Shown: piece after piece, positions 39,282 to 51,200 of the stretch
Layout: the number at the start of each line of letters is the position of its first letter
How positions within the stretch are numbered: the first letter of the stretch is position 1
Assembly: GCA_048213135.1 (NCBI GenBank)
Contig: PS015068.1
Span: 15,204-69,938, forward strand
Direction of reading: 5' to 3'
Source of the DNA: Reclinomonas americana ATCC 50394
Taxonomy: Eukaryota
Length of the DNA: 54,735 nt
Translations under genes and position numbers: made by a program
Notes under the pieces: model-generated
The model's database searches: none
What the model was told of the DNA's origin: nothing
Seen by the model: only the letters and a program-made list of their open reading frames with translations

Positions 39282-41823
39282 ATGTCGTCGCAAGCGGCCT
39301 CTGGTGACAGCGCCGACACCCTCGCCACTCTTGTCACACGTTGCGTCGCAGCGCCAAGCACACACACGCGCGCACGCACGCGCACACACCAACTGACACG
39401 CGCACACTCCAGACATCGAGCAAGTGACGCGTACATTGCCCGGCATCCTCCAAGGCATCAGCTTGGAGCGACTGGCCTCCGGCATCACACCTCTCCTGCT
39501 GCTGCTCAACAGCGCCAACAGTGGCGACGGAGGAGCAGTGACTGATCTGAGCTCCTCCTTCTCCACCTCCTCACTGGCCACTGCTCTCCCCCCAGCAGCA
39601 GCAGTCGCCTCACGCACTCCCCAGCGCACCGTCCCTCCGCTTCCTCCACTCCCCTCGTCGTCCTCTGCGTTTGTCTCCACTCGCATGTCGCCGCCTCCTC
39701 CACTGTCACTGTCGTCACCGCTGTCGTCGTCGTCGGGATCGGTGTCGATCACTGCGCATCATCACAGCAGCATTCCCATGTCGCCGCTCTTGTCGCCGGG
39801 TACGCCGGCCATGGCGCCTGTCGCGCCCTTGTCGGCGTCGTCGTCTACGGCAGCGCAGTTGCGTGTCATCGCGCTCTTGTCTTTCTTCCTTCCTCCAATC
39901 AATCATTGTTGACGCGCGCGCGACAGACCGATCGCGGACTCGTTTCTGGGCGTGGAGCGAGGAACGCGGTGGTGCGATGCATTGCGGCTGCTGGAGACCG
40001 GCTACGATCGCCACGGTGGGTGACGCTGCTTGCCCGTCCGTCTCGGTTCTCCCCTTTTTTTTGAGCACTCACAGCGTTGGCTTGCAGGATTGTGCAACAC
40101 ACTAGTCGCCCTCCCGTCGACACGTTCCGTGACTCCTCGCTCTCTCTGTATGATTTCTTGTCTCTCCTGTGACCTTCTCACGCAGTGGAACCCATTGTCG
40201 GCCACCACCCGTTGTACGAACCACTTTCGGTCACCATGTGTCACTCGTGCCGGCGCATTTTGAAGTCGTCCTTCATGCCGGCCCACCGCCTCCACTGCCA
40301 TGGTCCGGTGCGCGAGAATGGACGCGAGCGTCACAAGGTGATGCGGGGGGTGCAAGTGTGTGTCTCCGTCTTCCTGCTCACCAACGAGACTTGTGTCGTG
40401 CAGCCGAGTGTGGCGGATGCAAATGGCACAACACGCACGACGACTGCGGCCGCCGTTGCTCCCGCCACTACCACTGCTGCCACCACCGCCACTGCCGCCG
40501 CCGCCGCCGACGCCACTGACAGCCACGCGGACTTGGCATCGCTCGATCGCAAACGCGTCGCAGACGATCCCGCCAAGCTTGCCAGCGTGCATCATATCCT
40601 TCTTGTCATTGAGAGCAGTGTGCATTCACCGTCTGTTGTTCTGTGCCCTTGACTCCTTTTTTGTTCCCCCTCTGTGTACCCCCGGTGAAGCGGGCGCGAG
40701 TGGAGCGCGACAGTCGCGAATCACCGGAGGCATCTTGGTACGTGGTGTTGTGCGTGACTTGTGATGATCGCTGTTGACAGTGTGCACAACAGGAATGTGC
40801 CGACGCGTTCTCACGGACGTCCGAGTCGGCTGCGAGGCCTGATCTCACATCGCAAGTTGCATAGATGTTGTTTGGTGCACGTGCGTGGTATTGCGACTCA
40901 CACGCGGTCACACGCAGCATGTACGACGACGGCACACTTGGTCTCGACGGTGGATTGTTCGAGGACCGCAGCTCGAGCACACTCGTCGGCAATCACCATG
41001 TTGGCGAGTGGTGGCACTACGTGCCGAGTGCGCAAGCCTCGCGAAGCGCGGTGGGATGGACGGCAGAGTTGGGTGGCAGTGCAGCTCGATCCTTCGTCCT
41101 GCAGGCGCAACACAGTGTCGGTGCACTGGCGTCGCGTGGACCCAGTCGCTCCGCCATCTCGATTCTCTTCGAATCCGAAGAGGATGCCTCCCACGACGGC
41201 AGTATGGCACGTACAATTTTTCATCTCCCTCTCTCTCTCCCCCTCCCTCCCATCTCACGACTGTCGTCGTACACAGTCGCGCGGTGGCGGTCGCATGTCG
41301 GCACCGACCAACATGCCGGCCCCGGCTCCCGGCTCACAAGCATCGCGACGGCCACCAGTTGCTGTTCCTACCATGCCGCACAGTCCAGCATACGTGCCCA
41401 TGGCAGCGCCGTCGCCGCCTCCCACGGCTGTACCAACGCCTCAACCGATGCATCCAGTGCCACCACCCACGGCATATTCTGGGCCGCCACCGTCGCAAGT
41501 GGTTCCCATGTCGTCGGTGCCGCCTCCACAGCCACAGGCCATGCGCAGTGGCATCCCTGCTGCTGCTCCCACACCACCGCCTACATATGCTCCGGCGCCG
41601 TCACCGTACGGGTACAACACAGTGGTGCGTCTCCGTTCAGCGCCGTTTTCTGTTGCATTTCCTCCTCTGTCGCTCACGTCGAGCAGGCACCGAGTCCATC
41701 GCCGCCACCGCAGTCGCAGCCGCAGGTGGTACAAGCTCCACGGAATGCCGCCGCAGTGCCTCCGACACACATGATGTACGCTGCGGCGCCGCAACACATG
41801 CATCACCAAGCGTACGCTGTACA

Positions 41824-41854
<31 letters not shown>

Positions 41855-42084
41855 CAACAGCAGCAGCAGCAGCATGCTCAACAACAACAACAACAGCAGC
41901 AGCATGTTCAGCACCAGCAATACTACGCATACGTGACTCAACAGAGGCAAATGGTGAGCGGTCTTCTCTTCCCCCCCCCCTGTCGTACACACCACACCTT
42001 CTGTCTCTCACGTGCACTGGGTAGCAGGCCGCCAACGGGCATCAACAAATGCCGCGCACCGCCGGTCCGCCACCATCGTCTCTG
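39282..42084 (+). CDS. Nuclear low-complexity protein with an ATXN7/Sgf73-like zinc finger, an NLS and Pro/poly-Gln tracts; last codons probably at 43181-43137 on -
   Basis: PIVGHHPLYEPLSVTMCHSCRRILKSSFMPAHRLHC resembles the ATXN7/Sgf73 N-terminal ZnF. PPVKRAR NLS and poly-Q are present. No SCA7 domain was recognised, so the family call is weak. Confidence 0.5.
40594..40679 (+). other. U12-type (minor spliceosome) AT-AC intron, 86 nt
   Basis: 5' ATATCCTT, branch-like CCCTTGAC at 40646-40653, 3' TAC. Removing it skips an in-frame TGA and restores the frame (VH|PPVKRAR). Confidence 0.82.
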
Positions 42085-42268
42085 NNNNNNNNNNNNNNNN
42101 NNNNNNNNNNNNNNNNNNNNNNNNNNNNNNNNNNNNNNNNNNNNNNNNNNNNNNNNNNNNNNNNNNNNNNNNNNNNNNNNNNNNNNNNNNNNNNNNNNNN
42201 NNNNNNNNNNNNNNNNNNNNNNNNNNNNNNNNNNNNNNNNNNNNNNNNNNNNNNNNNNNNNNNNNNNN

Positions 42269-45200
42269 CCGGTGTTCTTCCGTCCACTCCTTCCGTACCA
42301 GAAGGAGGAGCGGCTGACGTTTGAGAGTGCCGAGCTGGGCACATTTGCCTTCAAGCTTCGCCTCTCCTCGGTGCCCTCGGGTCCCGAGAAGCCGCTGACG
42401 TTCCGTGCGGCGCTCGGCCTGTCGCAGACCACGTCGATTCGGCTCCCGTCGTATGTGCGCAAGCCGTGCGATTATGACGTGAAGTTTGCACAAGGCAAGG
42501 CGTTTGCCACACCCAAGCCCAAGTTGCAGGCGCCGGCCGCCCAGGCTGTGGAGCCGTCGGAGATGGTGGTGGAGTTGACGTTTGAACCGTCGACGGTGGG
42601 TGAGATACTAGACGAACTGAGGGTGGTGTCGGCTGTGGGTGGCGAATATGGTGAGCTCCATTTTTCACCAAGTTGCTCGTTCTTTTCATATGCTCACCCT
42701 GCGCTTCTTGCAGTGATTCCGCTGATTGGCCACTGCCCGCCGCCCGCACCGCAAGGTCCGATTGACGTCCGCAACGGCGGAGCTGCGCAGATTCCGTTCA
42801 AGAACGTGCGTTCTTTTTTGCTGGCATCCACGCTGTGTTGTTTCCCCTCCATGTGTGTCTCACGAGAGAGTTGATTCGCAGGTGTTTGCCGAGAATCTGA
42901 CCTTTACGTACCAACTCGACAACCCGGTCTTCTCCGTCCCCAAGGCCTCCGAGGCCATTCAAGCGAAGAAGCAGGTCAACATTGCGGTCTCGTACAAGCC
43001 AACACCAGGCAGCAGCGATGTGGCAAAGCTCACTGTACGCGTGCAAGGCGACGCCAGTAGGCCACCGTGGACATTCTACCTGAGAGGTGTATGACCACCG
43101 TGACATCGAAAAATCATTAGTGAAACAACATATACTTTACTGTAATGCGGATCCCGCTGGCGGTGGTTGACTGGGAGGCGGNNNNNNNNNNNNNNNNNNN
43201 NNNNNNNNNNNNNNNNNNNNNNNNNNNNNNNNNNNNNNNNNNNNNNNNNNNNNNNNNNNNNNNNNNNNNNNNNNNNNNNNNNNNNNNNNNNNNNNNNNNN
43301 NNNNNNNNNNNNNNNNNNNNNNNNNNNNNNNNNNNNNNNNNNNNNNNNNNNNNNNNNNNNNNNNNNNNNNNNNNNNNNNNNNCCCCCCCCCCCCCCCCCC
43401 ACCCACCACAGCACACTGCGTGTTCTCTCGCCAGTTCTCACACTTGCGCGCACAGAGAACCATGCTCATCATCAGCAACGATGATAACAAGGAAATCAGT
43501 TTCGACGTGTTGTACGAGAACCAGGAGCACTTGGAGGTCCGAGCCGCTGCCAGTGTGCTCGCACCTCGGGAGCAACGCGCAGTGGAGGTCTGTGGCGGTC
43601 GCCGATTTCAGACCATATTCCACCAGTGCCTAACTTTCTCGTCTTGGTGTAGATCCTGTTCCATCCGCGCAAGGTCGAAAAGTACACGACCGTGGTGCCG
43701 TTTGAGATCAACGGCCTGTACACGGTCAACGTGTCGATCAGTGGCGAGGGCATTGTGCCAAAGGTCGACCTGATGAATCCCGCGCAGACCACGCTCGGTC
43801 TCGGCACTGTGCGTGTGGGAGACCTGACGCGCAAGGAGGTGATGATTGTGAACAGGAGCCGCGTTGCGGCCCCGGTGGTGGTCACCGAAGAGTCGCTGGC
43901 GGCGTTGGCCAAGAATTTCGTCACGTGCAACCTCACACGGCCGCAGTTGCTGCGACCGCGCGAGCAGTTCCCTGTGGAGTTCACCTTTGCACCACCGTCG
44001 CGCTTGCGTCCGTTCAGCGAGAACGTCTTTATTGACGTGGCAGGTGCGTGTGTGTCTCTCGCTGTTACTGATCTGCCGACATGTGTGCCCAATGATGCTG
44101 ATTCCACCTTCTTTTTTCCGCCCTATCACAGCCACAAGGCAGCCGCTGGCGGTCGTCTCCGGGTCGTGCCAGGGCGTGGAAGTGAAGCTGGAGTCGTCCA
44201 GGTGTGTATCCGATCGCATTTTTTTGTTTTGCAGTCTTTGCTCGTGACTGACGAGCATGCTGTGTGTGCTTGGCGCAGCCTGTCGTTTGGTGCTGTGGTG
44301 CGTGGCACCAGCGTGGTGAGGAGACTAAACTTGGAGAACACGGGAGATGTTGGCGTCAAATTCCAGTGGAGCCCTGTGCAGTTCCAGCCTCACTTTACAA
44401 TGTCACCGTTGGAGGTATGTGTGTGTGGAGTGCGGGACCACAAAACAAAGACGTCTCTGTCGCTCACATCGATTCTTTCTGCGTCAACCAATAGGGGTAC
44501 GCTCCGGCCGGCAGCGATTTTGCATTCACCGTCACCTTTGAACCGAAGCAGCTGAACCCGGACATTGTGGCCGATCACATCCCACTGTTTATCGAGGGCT
44601 CCGATCCACTCTTCCTGACACTAATGGGCATGTGCGTCGATCAGCCCAGCCAGACCAAGCAAGTCAACTTCAAGGTGCGCACGCCTATTGCACACTCATT
44701 TTTTTCTTGCAACTTACATGTGCGTGTCGCAGGCTCGTGTTCGCGAGGAGGCGGCTGAGCAGGTGGACATTAACAATCCGACCGACGAGAGATGGGTGCT
44801 GCGACCGAACTTTTCGCACGAAGCGTTTAGTGGCGCCGACCGAGTGGAGGTGCCACCGAAGCAGACTGTCAAGTACCGCATCGCGTATCGGCCGCTGTCG
44901 ATGACCAAGGGTGCACCACACACTGGCTCCTTGTTCATTCCGTTGCCGGACGGCAGGTGCGTCGTAAAAAAAGGAAGCCAGCCTGTGCCATGGTGTGGCC
45001 TGCAACTGACTCGTCGTCTCTCTCTTAGTGCGCTGCTGTACGGTCTCACTGGCAACTCGGATCCACCGGCCGACGCCTCCAAGATCGAGCACAACATGCC
45101 GGCCAAGGTGACGCAGTCGGTGTCGATCCCTGTGCGCAATTGGCTGCCGGTGCCGCAGCGATTCCGCGTGCAGCGAGAGTTTGCGACCGATGGAGCGTGC

Positions 45201-48200
45201 CGCGTTGAGGGTCTCGATTACCTCGATGTGCCCGGCAACCAGGAGCGTACGTACAAGCTGTCGGTGTGCGACTACAAGGCACGCGCCACCTCTGGCACCG
45301 TGCGCTTCACCAACGACGACTCGGGCGAGTACATTGTGCGTCCGGTGACGGTGACCACGTCGAACGCCGCCCCGCGTGAGGTGGTGATGGAGGCGCCGAC
45401 GCGGCAACGCATCGAGGGCGGAGTGATGGTGGACAACCCTCTCGATCGGCCCGTCACCCTCACTGTGCAATGTCCAAGTGAGGATGTGCAGGTGCCACCG
45501 TCGGTGGTGGTGCCGGCCAAGACGGAGCAGTTGGTGNNNNNNNNNNNNNNNNNNNNNNNNNNNNNNNNNNNNNNNNNNNNNNNNNNNNNNNNNNNNNNNN
45601 NNNNNNNNNNNNNNNNNNNNNNNNNNNNNNNNNNNNNNNNNNNNNNNNNNNNNNNNNNNNNNNNNNNNNNNNNNNNNNNNNNNNNNNNNNNNNNNNNNNN
45701 NNNNNNNNNNNNNNNNNNNNNNNNNNNNNNNNNNNNNNNNNNNNNNNNNNNNNNNNNNNNNNNNNNNNNNNNNNNNNNNNNNNNNNNNNNNNNNNNNNNN
45801 NNNNNNNNNNNNNNNNNNNNNNNNNNNNNNNNNNNNNNNNNNNNNNNNNNNNNNNNNNNNNNNNNNNNNNNNNNNNNNNNNNNNNNNNNNNNNNNNNNNN
45901 NNNNNNNNNNNNNNNNNNNNNNNNNNNNNNNNNNNNNNNNNNNNNNNNNNNNNNNNNNNNNNNNNNNNNNNNNNNNNNNNNNNNNNNNNNNNNNNNNNNN
46001 NNNNNNNNNNNNNNNNNNNNNNNNNNNNNNNNNNNNNNNNNNNNNNNNNNGAGGTGGCCGAGTGTGACGTCGAGTTCTTCCCGCGCAAGGAGGTCACTGT
46101 GGACAGACTGAAGGCCGTGTGCAAGGTCACCAACGGCAGCTCGTATGTGGTGGAGATCTCGGGCGCCGGTGTCCGACCACTGCTGAATTTCAGCTTCTTC
46201 GAGTTCGATTTCGGACCGTGTTTCCTGCACTCCAAGGGCCTCGAGCCAGCGGTACGTGACCANNNNNNNNNNNNNNNNNNNNNNNNNNNNNNNNNNNNNN
46301 NNNNNNNNNNNNNNNNNNNNNNNNNNNNNNNNNNNNNNNNNNNNNNNNNNNNNNNNNNNNNNNNNNNNNNNNNNNNNNNNNNNNNNNNNNNNNNNNNNNN
46401 NNNNNNNNNACCACGGCTCACCGTGCCCAGCTCTGCACGCAAAATGAGAAAAGCGATCCGAGGGGCTCAAAACATGCAGGCGACGTACTTGGCGTGAGGC
46501 CGAGATACGGATGCGACGGCAGCGTCCAGGAAAAGTCAAAGTTGTACTTGCCGTGGTTGAGGACGCGCAACTTGCGCACGTGGCGTTCGTTGACCGACAC
46601 CTCGCCAAAGTCAATGCGATTAGTGACGCCGGCGGCAAGAGGCATCGTCTGTCCATCGTGTGCCACCAGCTGAATCTCGTCGTGCACCATGAAGCCTTCG
46701 CCCTTCACATTGAGAGTGATGTGTGAGGGCTTCTTGCGCACGTTGCACACCAAGTTGAAGTTGAAGCTCTTTTCCGCGCGTGGATTGAACACAATCTGTG
46801 TGATAAACAACGAGTGAACAAGCAGCTCCACGTCACTCGCCAGGCGCACGCATGCACGCACGCACCTCAATGGGCAACTGACTCTCCGGACCGACCACAC
46901 CAGACAGTGGAGAGACGCTGAGCACAGGCTGCTCGTCGCCAGTCTCCAAGGTCTTCTCGTCAAACGAGAACGTGTACGGCACAATTTCGCGGTTCACCAG
47001 ATGCACCACCTCTCGCGAGTACGCGCCAACCAGGAGGTGGTGGAAGTTGATGAAGGTTCTGTCGAGTACCAGATCGGGTTCCAGTGCCTTGCCGACCAGC
47101 ATGAACGGCTGGGACACCTTGAAACTCGGGATGCGGAAGCGCCAGAACGACTCCACCGTGGCGAGCGCGTCGGGCGTAAACTCGAACACAATCTCAAACT
47201 TCTTGCCCGACGCCACCAGTCCGTGCGGCGTGAGGCACTTGAAGGCCGGGTACGCAGACGACTCACCATCTTCTGACTCGAAGAAGAACTGCGATTGGTG
47301 GGTAGTCCCACAGATTGAGCAACACGATCTTGATGAATGACAACTGTGATGACGGTGGCAGTGGCGATGGCACGCACCTCGTACATGGTGTTGGTCGGGT
47401 TGAGAATGTAGAATCGCTTGGTGTTGCGGATCTTGACGCCCTTCGACTCAAACTCAATGACGCGCGTCTCCGGGTCGAGCGGACCAAACTTGCCACCGGG
47501 GCCCGGCAGATCGGTGTTGTGCTTGTAGGAGCTGAATGGCACCTCAAAGTGCACCGCAGGACAGAGCGTCTGACCAGTGAGCGGGATGCGCACGGGGCGC
47601 AGACTCGGGTCCAAGTTGGCCACCTCCAACGCCAGCGCAGCGCGATGCGAGTCGACGTCGTTTGGCGAGTATCGCACCGTGATCTCTTGCTGATCGCCCG
47701 GTGCAATGACGCCAGTGCGCGGCGCCACCGAAAACGACGACTCGTCCTCCACCACACCGGCTTCGTCCGCGTGCTCCATCGCCCACGCAAAGTGCAACGC
47801 CACGAGGCCAGTGTTGCGCAAGGGGAACTTGAAGACGCGCGACTGGAACAGGAGCGTCGGCTTGAAGGCAACCGCTGTGGTGGTGCACTCGAAGCGGCTG
47901 TAGCCAATCTTGGCGCTGACCTGCACTTGCTTCTGGATCGGCGCCGCGCCGGCCACTGGCTGCACAGGAGGCTCGCGATCGACCTCGACCACGCGCACTT
48001 TCCGACCAGGCGCAGTCGGTGGACTGCGGGCACTCGGCGCTGATGACGACGACCCGGCGGCACCGGCAGCGGCAGGCGGCGCGTCTTCCCACCGCACACT
48101 CTTCATGCGATCGTCCCAGTCGTTGGTGTCCTCCGACGAGTGGCGCACCTCCACCGCCTTGAGCATGCACTGCACCTTGGCAATGTCCACGGCCTGCGCC

Positions 48201-51200
48201 GATGACACGCTAATCACCACGTCCTTGCGAGCGTGCGGGTGCAGATGGCCAACTTGCGGAGACACGGTGACGGCCGGATTCGGCACTTGCCACTCGAAGC
48301 GGAAGCACCGACCAGAGTGATTGGCAATCGTGAATGCGGCATCCTTGGAGGCGCCCACAGCGCAGTCGCCCAGTTGCAACACGTCGGTGGCATCCAGCTT
48401 CAGGTCCTCCAGCGTGAGGTCCTCGGTGAAGCCCTCGCCCGTGAGCAAGAATGTCGATTGCTGCAGGAGGGAAAGAGAGAAGTGAATGAGTGACACAGGC
48501 GTGCGAGTGGAGGCAGATTGATACACACAAACGGACGCACCTCGAACGAGTTGTTGAACACAATGATCTTCATCTCGGCCTGGTACTTTTCGGTTGCCGT
48601 CGGGCAGAAGAGTGCCTCCAGCTCCATTTGCTCACGTGGCGCGAGAGCTGTGCCGATCGCCGGGTCAGGTCATCAACAAATATATAAAAACAGCAGTGTC
48701 AGTCTGTGAGTGTGCGCAACTGAGATCGCGGCCTCGCTGCGCGAACGAGAAGGCCGCGTGCTGCGGCAGATCAAAGCGGAACGATGCCGGCAGGACTCCG
48801 TCGTTGCGCACGGCAATCGACGACTTGGAGGTCTTGCCGATAAACGTGCGCGGGAACGGCAGCGGCAGCTGGCCCGTCGGCAGCCGATCGGCCGGGCGCA
48901 GCACGCTAATGCGAGGAAGCGTGCCGTCGCCGCGCAGATCAAACGTCAAATTGTTCGTCTTGGCGTCGGGTCCGTTGACCACCGTGGCGACAAAGGTCGC
49001 CGAGAAGGCGTTCAGCGACTGCGGCTTGAACGTGACAGTGACGTAGCGGTAGTCGTGCGGTGGGATGCTTAGCCGATCGGGTTCCACGGCAAACACCATC
49101 TCCGGCGCGGTGTCGGTCTTGCGCAGAGCCACAGTCACGTCGCACGGAATCTTGAAGGGGTTCGAAATGCGGAAGCGTTGTCGAACCTAGAGACACACGC
49201 ACAAGAAAAAGTTGAGTGAACACACCCACCAAACTCGACGTGCACGAATACTCTCACCTCGGTGCGCGCAAGGACAGTGCCGAACGAGAAGACGCGCTGG
49301 TCCTCTGCAAACACGCACTGCTGCTGCGCCATGACGTCCAGCTGCTTGACCACCTGCTGCTCCTCAAAGATGGTCTCGTAGTCGCGACAGAGAATGCCGG
49401 GAGTGGCGCTCTCGCCCTCCAGGATGAACTTGATGCCCTCGGGATGGTCACGGAAATCGCGATCCTGCACGTGAATGCCAAGCTCCTCCGAGAACAGCGC
49501 AGCTCCCCGCGCCGCAAACTCCACCGTGACCGTGACCGTCTGATCCGGCTCCACCACGCCGGTAAATGGACTGATGGTGAATGGACCCAGGTTGAAACCA
49601 GCCGCCGCGCCAGCTGTGATCGCGCAACCAACAGTGAGAAGCGAGCGAAATCAGAGAGAAAAGTGCGACAATAGCAGTGTGACGCAACGACCAGCCTTGC
49701 CGCCCTTTGCCGGTGCCGCAGGCTTCTTGGCGGCAGCCGCAGCCGGAGCTGCCTTGCCACCACGGCTGGATTCACCGCCTTCGCCGCCGGCGTTGAATCC
49801 TTCGGCGAACGAGAATGCGGTAAACCTGCACGAANNNNNNNNNNNNNNNNNNNNNNNNNNNNNNNNNNNNNNNNNNNNNNNNNNNNNNNNNNNNNNNNNN
49901 NNNNNNNNNNNNNNNNNNNNNNNNNNNNNNNNNNNNNNNNNNNNNNNNNNNNNNNNNNNNNNNNNNNNNNNNNNNNNNNNNNNNNNNNNNNNNNNNNNNN
50001 NNNNNNNNNNNNNNNNNNNNNNNNNNNNNNNNNNNNNNNNNNNNNNNNNNNNNNNNNNNNNNNNNNNNNNNNNNNNNNNNNNNNNNNNNNNNNNNNNNNN
50101 NNNNNNNNNNNNNNNNNNNNNGAAGTGTCGGATCTGGACGGGCTGGCCACGGTCCCTGCGCCACCGGTGCGAGTGGATGTGGTGGCCGAATCGTACAGCA
50201 TCGATGTGGCGCTGAGTGCCACCGAATTCGACTTTGGCACCGTCAAGGTCGTCGACGGCAAGACGCAGACAATTGAGCTGGTCAACTCCGGCAAGTACGA
50301 TGTCAAGTATCGGTTCGCCGTGTCGCGACGGTCGCCACTGTACAGCATGGTGACCTTTGAGCCGCCGGAGGGTGTCATCCCGGCCGCTCCTCAACCCGAA
50401 GCCGGCAAGGGCGGCAAGAAGGGAGCACCGCCACCCAAGGCTGCGGCACCGGCCAAGGGCGGCAAGGGTGGCGCTGCGCCGCCGGGAGTGACGGTGACCA
50501 TGTCGTTCCGCACCGACCAAGAGTTCCGCGTCGTCAACAGCCAAGACATTCGTTTGTTCTTGGCCGATGCAGTTGCGTGGTGGCGTCTGGCATTTTTTTG
50601 TGATTACTTTGTACTGATCCGTCAACAATCGCAGGAGTCATCGTCGGCGGCTGAGGACGGTCACTTGCCGATCACTCTGTCGGTGACTGCGGTGTTCTCC
50701 AAGTACCAGATTCTGCCGAGCCACGGCCTCAACTTTGGGCCGGTGCTCTTTGAGACGTCGAAGAGCAAGACGTTTGACATTACGAATCAGGGCATCTTCC
50801 CGTTCGAGTTGCGTCGATGAACGTGACATGACACACATGATTGCGCATGGATGCTGACGCTCGTTACANNNNNNNNNNNNNNNNNNNNNNNNNNNNNNNN
50901 NNNNNNNNNNNNNNNNNNNNNNNNNNNNNNNNNNNNNNNNNNNNNNNNNNNNNNNNNNNNNNNNNNNNNNNNNNNNNNNNNNNNNNNNNNNNNNNNNNNN
51001 NNNNNNNNNNNNNNNNNNNNNNNNNNNNNNNNNNNNNNNNNNNNNNNNNNNNNNNNNNNNNNNNNNNNNNNNNNNNNNNNNNNNNNNNNNNNNNNNNNNN
51101 NNNNNNNNNNNNNNNNNNNNNNNNNNNNNNNNNNNNNNNNNNNNNNNNNNNNNNNNNNNNNNNNNNNNNNNNNNNNNNNNNNNNNNNNNNNNNNNNNNNN

